From: Candidatus Nanohaloarchaea archaeon
Lineage (GTDB): Archaea > Nanohalarchaeota > Nanosalinia > Nanosalinales > Nanosalinaceae
NCBI GenBank assembly: GCA_013343275.1
Contig: CP046106.1
Span: 736,001 to 800,000 of the forward strand
Length of the DNA stretch: 64,000 nt
Direction: 5' to 3'
The notes beneath the pieces are model-generated. The model made no database searches. It saw nothing but the letters and a program-made list of their open reading frames with translations, and was not told the DNA's origin. Shown here one piece after another: positions 58,954 to 64,000 of this stretch. The position numbers and the translations under genes are program-made. The number at the start of each line of letters is the position of its first letter. The stretch's first letter is position 1.

Positions 58954-59442
58954 TTGAGTAAGTCTCTGGGCCAGTCGGCTATCGAGTACGTGACGACGTA
59001 CGGGTGGATGCTTGTGGCGGTTTCGGTTGCTGCAGGCACTACGTACAGTTTCGTGGATTTCAGCTGTGCCCGGCAGAGTACAGGCTTCTACTCGGAATCC
59101 ATGGCGATAGAGAATTTTGGAGTGACATCTAATGGCACATTAGTTATCTCTGTCAAGAACGATGATTACAACCAGCTGGAGATTACAGGCCTGAATATGT
59201 CCGCTCCTGAGGAGAAAAGATTCAGAAACACGTCTACGGTTATTGAACCAGGTAGTTCCAAGGCTGTAGGGCTACCAGGGTATACTCTTTCTGAACGCTG
59301 CTATGAATACGATGTAACTATGATATACAGCAGAGGGCCTTTGGATGAGCAGAAGCTTAGAGGCACTATAACTGCTCCTATTGCGCCAGGACCTATTCCT
59401 GTTCCTGATGCTCCGGCGAACCTGACTGTAGAGGTAGCTTGA
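58954..59442 (+). CDS. Class III signal-peptide (type IV pilin-like) protein
   Basis: SKSLG|QSAIEYVTTYGWMLVAV prepilin motif with +5 Glu; TTG start refined to 58954. Confidence 0.85.
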   Translation: MSKSLGQSAIEYVTTYGWMLVAVSVAAGTTYSFVDFSCARQSTGFYSESMAIENFGVTSNGTLVISVKNDDYNQLEITGLNMSAPEEKRFRNTSTVIEPGSSKAVGLPGYTLSERCYEYDVTMIYSRGPLDEQKLRGTITAPIAPGPIPVPDAPANLTVEVA

Positions 59443-59478
59443 AAACCTGTTATATTCTTTTCTCTTGTAATTCCTGAT

Positions 59479-60054
59479 ATGGAGAGCTACATAGACGAGT
59501 TCAAAAAGGAACGGAACAAAAACTCTGATCTTGTAGTATGCATCAACGGGCCTTCTGGCGCTGGCAAAGGAACTCTTGCGGCCCAGGTGGCTGAGATGCT
59601 TGATGTAGATCATTTCTCTGCTGGCGATGTCTTCCGTGGTATAGCTGCTGACAGAGGTATGGATGTAGTGGAGCTCTCCGAGAAAGCAGATAAGGAAACA
59701 GATCTGGAGGTCGACAGGCGTACACTGGAAAGAGCGCTTGACAGCGACTGTGTAGTTGACTCACGACTTTCCTCCTGGGTGCTTGGCAGCTACGCTGATG
59801 TAAAAATATATATTACAGCAGATATAGAGGAAAGAGCTGCCAGAGTAGCTGAAAGGGAGGAAATAACCCGGGAAGAGGCCCTTGAAAGAATTGAGAAAAG
59901 GGATTCCGACAACAGGGAGCGTTACCAGGATTACTACGGTATCGACGTCGAGAACAGAGAAATATACGACCTAGTTCTGGACAACACTGATTTAGGTATC
60001 GAGGAACAAAGAAAGGTTATAGAATGCTACCTCGAGCAGAGGCTTGAACTCTGA
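59479..60054 (+). CDS. cmk: Cytidylate kinase
   Basis: INGPSGAGKGT, SAGDVFR, VVDSRLS, RYQDYYGID. Confidence 0.92.
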   Translation: MESYIDEFKKERNKNSDLVVCINGPSGAGKGTLAAQVAEMLDVDHFSAGDVFRGIAADRGMDVVELSEKADKETDLEVDRRTLERALDSDCVVDSRLSSWVLGSYADVKIYITADIEERAARVAEREEITREEALERIEKRDSDNRERYQDYYGIDVENREIYDLVLDNTDLGIEEQRKVIECYLEQRLEL

Positions 60055-60066
60055 GGAGGGAAACAA

Positions 60067-60477
60067 ATGGGATACGAAATACTTGAACACACTGCCGACG
60101 AAAAATTCCAGGCCTCCGGAGACAGCCTGGAAGAAGCATTCTCCGAAGCAGTAAAGGCCTTCTCGGAGATAGTCGGCGGCATGAACGGTCAGACGACTTA
60201 CAGTATAGAAATAGAATCAGAAAGCCATGAGGCCCTGCTCTTCGACTTCATGGATAAACTAATCTTCTTGCAGGATGTCAACGATGTAGTCGTCTCTCAC
60301 GCCGAAGACCTTGAAATAGAGGAACTTGAAGAAGGTTACTGGTTGACAGCAGATATCTGGGCCGACAATATCGAAGGCTCAATGAGCGTTATGGATGTCA
60401 AGGCACCAACATACAGCGAGATGTACGTCAGGTTCGAAGACGGCAAGTGGAGACTGCAGGTAGTGCTCGATATATAA
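60067..60477 (+). CDS. Archease
   Basis: YEILEHTAD, VKAPTY, VVLDI; upstream of rtcB. Confidence 0.93.
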   Translation: MGYEILEHTADEKFQASGDSLEEAFSEAVKAFSEIVGGMNGQTTYSIEIESESHEALLFDFMDKLIFLQDVNDVVVSHAEDLEIEELEEGYWLTADIWADNIEGSMSVMDVKAPTYSEMYVRFEDGKWRLQVVLDI

Positions 60478-60509
60478 CTGTAAAAAGAGTTCACGGATAA
60501 TTCTCGAAT

Positions 60510-61931
60510 ATGGAACTCAACAAAATATCCGAAAATATCTACGAAATACCGCAGGAAGGCCAGATGAACAAACCGGCCAGAGTCTACGCCAACGAAGAAC
60601 TTCTCAACGAAATCAGACAGGACGACACACTGGAACAGATAAAGAACGTAGCAACCCTACCAGGCCTTGAAAAGTACTCAATCGTCATGCCTGACGGCCA
60701 CCAGGGCTACGGCTTCCCAATCGGCGGAGTCGCAGCAGTAAACAAAGAAAACGGCGTTATCAGCCCTGGAGGTATCGGCTACGATATAAATTGTGGCATC
60801 AGAGTGCTTAAAACAGACCTCAGCTATGAAGATATCAAGGGCCGGGAGCAACAGCTTGCAAATATACTTTACAGTAAGATTCCATGCGGCCTTGGAAGAG
60901 GAGGTTATATCGATACTGATAGAGAGGATCTTGAAGAAATACTTGAGAAAGGAGCTGAGTGGATGCTTGAAAACGGACACGCAAAGGAGTCCGATATCAG
61001 GAGATGTGAGGAGGAAGGAAGGCTTCCTGGTAATCCTGATAAGGTTCCGGAGGACGCAAAGAAGCGAGGCCTTAATCAGGTGGGGAGCCTCGGTAGCGGA
61101 AACCACTTCCTGGAGATACAGCGCGTCGGAGAGATCTACAACGAGCAGAAGGCGGAGGCCTATGGTCTGGAAGAGGATCAAGTGGTTATCATGATCCACT
61201 CAGGTTCTCGAGGCCTAGGCCATCAGACCTGCACCAATTATCTCAGGAAGTTTGAGAAAGAGTATCCGGAGATTGTAGAGGAAATACCGGATAAGGAGCT
61301 GATCTATGCGCCGATGCAGGATGAGCTGGCTCAGGACTACAAGGAGGCGATGTATGCTGCGGCAAACTATGCGTGGGCTAACCGCCAGGCCATAACTCAG
61401 GGAGTACGTGAATGCCTGGATACTATCTACGATGACGGTGTTGAGACGGAGCTTCTGTACGATGTCTGTCATAACATTGCTAAGGAGGAGACTCACGAGG
61501 TCGATGGCGAGGAAAAGGAGCTTCTGGTCCACAGAAAAGGAGCGACACGTGCTATGCCGGCTGGAAGGCCTGAAGTGCCGGAGGTCTACCGTGATGTAGG
61601 TCAGCCAGTACTTATTCCGGGCAGCATGGGTACTGCGAGCTACGTTCTTTCAGGCGGAGAAAAATCTCTGGAAATCAGCTTTGGATCAACAGCTCACGGT
61701 GCCGGAAGGCTTATGTCCCGGACCCAGGCCAAGCAGGATTACTGGGGAGAAGACGTTCAGGCCGAACTGAAGAGAGACCAAATATTCGTGAAAGCGGCCT
61801 CAGGATCAACCATCGCAGAAGAGGCTCCTGGAGTCTACAAGGATATCGATGAAGTAATCAAGGTCAGCGACGAGCTTGGAATCGGCAATAAGGTTGCGAA
61901 GATGAGGCCTGTTGTAAACATCAAAGGATAA
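60510..61931 (+). CDS. rtcB: RNA-splicing ligase RtcB
   Basis: MPDGHQGYGFPIGG, GYDINCG, GSGNHF, HSGSRGLGH, VHRKGAT, HGAGR. Confidence 0.97.
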   Translation: MELNKISENIYEIPQEGQMNKPARVYANEELLNEIRQDDTLEQIKNVATLPGLEKYSIVMPDGHQGYGFPIGGVAAVNKENGVISPGGIGYDINCGIRVLKTDLSYEDIKGREQQLANILYSKIPCGLGRGGYIDTDREDLEEILEKGAEWMLENGHAKESDIRRCEEEGRLPGNPDKVPEDAKKRGLNQVGSLGSGNHFLEIQRVGEIYNEQKAEAYGLEEDQVVIMIHSGSRGLGHQTCTNYLRKFEKEYPEIVEEIPDKELIYAPMQDELAQDYKEAMYAAANYAWANRQAITQGVRECLDTIYDDGVETELLYDVCHNIAKEETHEVDGEEKELLVHRKGATRAMPAGRPEVPEVYRDVGQPVLIPGSMGTASYVLSGGEKSLEISFGSTAHGAGRLMSRTQAKQDYWGEDVQAELKRDQIFVKAASGSTIAEEAPGVYKDIDEVIKVSDELGIGNKVAKMRPVVNIKG

Positions 61932-61955
61932 AAATTTCGGGGTGTTAACAGAGTT

Positions 61956-62309
61956 ATGGCCTTTGAAGACCTGGAGAGGAAGTTTGAGGAAACGGACAAG
62001 GATGTTGCCGAGATCGAGGAAGAGATAGAGGAGGAAATCGACGATCTATTTGAGGACTACTCTCGGGATGAAATACTGGAAATGGCGGAGCATCTGGACG
62101 ACGAGTTCCAGGAACATGTGAAGACTGTACTTGACATGTATATTATCAGGTACTACTCCGATCTTCTGCGTGAAGGAGAGAATCTGAACGCAGAGCTTGA
62201 AGAGGCTCTGGATGATCTTAAGAGCAAGTATGGCCGTAACGAGATACTTCTTCAGATTGAGGATATGAGTGAAGAGTTCCGGGAACGGGTTAGAGACTAC
62301 TTCGAATAG
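61956..62309 (+). CDS. Acidic hypothetical protein with internal repeat
   Basis: YSRDEILEMAEHLDDEF / YGRNEILLQIEDMSEEF. Confidence 0.65.
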   Translation: MAFEDLERKFEETDKDVAEIEEEIEEEIDDLFEDYSRDEILEMAEHLDDEFQEHVKTVLDMYIIRYYSDLLREGENLNAELEEALDDLKSKYGRNEILLQIEDMSEEFRERVRDYFE

Positions 62310-62363
62310 GCCTACCTTTCTCTTCAACCTTATTTATAAAGTTTGTCTTCTGTTTCAGTTATA

Positions 62364-62512
62364 CCTTCCGGAGATTTTCTTTGGAAGGACAAGCCTTCAC
62401 TTGTAGGGGAGGCCTCTGGTGCTGAAATATTTGCCATCTAGCTGTTGCTAGGTGCAACAATTAACCAATGCCTCTAGTAATATGAGAGGCCTATTGGAGT
62501 TGAAACCAAACA
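62364..62512 (+). promoter_or_regulatory. Structured 5' leader of the rpl3-rpl4 operon
   Basis: TATA TTTATAAA 62333-40; hairpins 62364-88, 62435-54, 62465-97. Confidence 0.5.
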
Positions 62513-63484
62513 ATGTCACAGAAGAATCGATCAAGAAGCGGATCTCTAGGATTCAAGCCTAAGGTCCGAGCAGAAAGAATCTACCCAGACATCGATAACT
62601 GGGAGGAAACAGACGAACTAAAACCGCTAGGCTTCGCAGGCTACAAAGTAGGAATGTCCAGAGTAATGATGATAGATGATACAGAAGGAGCAACACAGGG
62701 ACAGGAAGTAGCAGAAGCAGTAACAATACTAGAAGCACCGCCGCTCAGAGTATACGGAGCACGCTTCTACACACACGACGTTAACTCAGGTAAAGAAGTA
62801 TTTACAGAGGCCTGGACAGAATCTCCAGCACCAGAACTGCAGAGAGCAGTCGATGTACCGAAGGAAGGGAATATGGAGAACCTAGAGAAGGCCAAAGAGA
62901 ACGCAGATAAGATTACAGACATCCGACTGCTGGTCCACACACAGCCAAATCAGGCAGGACTCAGCAAGAAGACGGCAGAGAACTTCGAACTAGGAATCGG
63001 AGGCGACGTAGAAGATCAGCTCGAATACGCAGAAGAGATGATCGGAAAACAGATCGAATTCGATCAGGTATTCGAAGAAGGAGAATACTCAGATGTAGTA
63101 GCAGTAACCAAAGGAAAAGGAATGGAAGGCCCGGTCCAGAGATACGGAATCAAGAAACTCGGCCACAAGACTCAGAAGAAACGAAGAAAGGCCGGAAACG
63201 TAGGCCCATGGCACCCTGATACACTTTCATGGAAGGTACCACTGCCAGGCCAGCAAGGATACAACAACAGGACAGAACTCAACAAGAGAATCCTCGCACA
63301 GGGAGAAGATCCGGAAGACGTACAGAGAGACGGAGGATTCAAGAATTACGGAGAAGTTCAGTCCAACTACATTATAATCAAAGGCTCAGTACCAGGCCCA
63401 TCAGAGAGACTGATCAGGCTTCGAACAGCTATCAGAGAAGAAGGAAAACCAGGAACACCAGAAATTACTTACGTTGACCAATAG
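62513..63484 (+). CDS. rpl3: 50S ribosomal protein uL3
   Basis: RSGSLGFKP, FAGYKVGM, TKGKGMEGPV, GQQGYNNRTE, KGSVPGP. Confidence 0.97.
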   Translation: MSQKNRSRSGSLGFKPKVRAERIYPDIDNWEETDELKPLGFAGYKVGMSRVMMIDDTEGATQGQEVAEAVTILEAPPLRVYGARFYTHDVNSGKEVFTEAWTESPAPELQRAVDVPKEGNMENLEKAKENADKITDIRLLVHTQPNQAGLSKKTAENFELGIGGDVEDQLEYAEEMIGKQIEFDQVFEEGEYSDVVAVTKGKGMEGPVQRYGIKKLGHKTQKKRRKAGNVGPWHPDTLSWKVPLPGQQGYNNRTELNKRILAQGEDPEDVQRDGGFKNYGEVQSNYIIIKGSVPGPSERLIRLRTAIREEGKPGTPEITYVDQ

Positions 63485-63497
63485 AGGGTGAAGAAGA

Positions 63498-64000
63498 ATG
63501 ACAGATCTACCAATTCAGTTTACGGAAAGAGTGAGAGATGACCTCGTCAAGAGAGCAAATCTCTCAATCAAATCCAAGAAACGCCAGAGCTACGGAGCAG
63601 ATCCGGAAGCAGGTAACAAGCACGTTACCTACTGGAAGAAGAAGCAGAACGCTTACAGAGGCCAGAAAGGAAAAGGCATGTCCCGAGTACCACGTAAAAT
63701 TACAGTAAGAAGAGGCATGCAGATCTACGGAGAAGGAGCAGAAGCACCGAACACACGTGGCGGACGTAGAGCACACCCTCCAAAAGCAGAGAAAGACTTC
63801 GAAGAAGAAATCAACGACAAGGAAAGAAGAAAAGCAATCAGATCAGCAATCGCAGCAACAGCAGATCAAGACCTTGTCACAGAGAAACACGCATACGAAG
63901 GAGAAGTCCCTCTAGTAGAAACAGGTCTTGAAGACATAGAAAAAACACAGGACCTCAAAGAAAGACTAGAAGAACTAGGTCTTGAAGAAGAACTTTCCCG
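63498..64000 (+). CDS. rpl4: 50S ribosomal protein uL4 (runs off window end)
   Basis: Manual translation MTDLPIQFTERVRDDLVKRA...SRVPR...GGRRAHPPK...INDKERRKAIRSAIAATA; GGTGA RBS. Confidence 0.95.
   Translation, partial: MTDLPIQFTERVRDDLVKRANLSIKSKKRQSYGADPEAGNKHVTYWKKKQNAYRGQKGKGMSRVPRKITVRRGMQIYGEGAEAPNTRGGRRAHPPKAEKDFEEEINDKERRKAIRSAIAATADQDLVTEKHAYEGEVPLVETGLEDIEKTQDLKERLEELGLEEELS

Noticed and set aside
45626-59442. Integrated provirus or ICE at tRNA-Asp
   Set aside because: No integrase, capsid or replication genes, and no duplicated tRNA 3' end found at the far border.
1961-63776. Numerous antisense or alternate-frame ORFs (e.g. 8116-8676, 40120-40581, 58509-59039, 60678-61199)
   Set aside because: Fully overlap confidently identified genes and lack the acidic composition or motifs; treated as shadow ORFs.

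Overview
This is a 64-kb chromosomal segment of a halophilic archaeon. The acidic proteome, GGTGA ribosome-binding sites, tightly packed and mostly leaderless genes and a DPANN-type pilin point to Nanohaloarchaeota (inference). In order, it holds: cdc6/orc1 with an ORB-flanked replication origin; a ~17-kb N-glycosylation locus (glycosyltransferases, AlkP-superfamily proteins, flippase, CysD/PAPS-reductase-family protein, sugar formyltransferase, epimerases, GPT, aglB); secF-secD and nac; DNA-repair genes; an unlisted ubiquitin-like SAMP and an unlisted small histone; tRNA-Ser and tRNA-Asp; sugar-nucleotide genes; rpl10e; a degenerate PEP-synthase-like protein; dph2; a tandem cluster of kinase-like orphans, two apparently frameshifted; a 13-kb duplicated surface-protein island ending in a class III pilin; cmk-archease-rtcB; and the start of the rpl3-rpl4 operon. 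Top candidate for a new system: two large adhesins with different lectin-like tips both end in the same FN3-like domain, which lacks its first beta-strand. The pilin encoded at the end of the island terminates in such a strand (PVPDAPANLTVEVA). This suggests interchangeable adhesins dock on a pilin by donor-strand complementation. All calls were made by eye from motifs; no searches were run.
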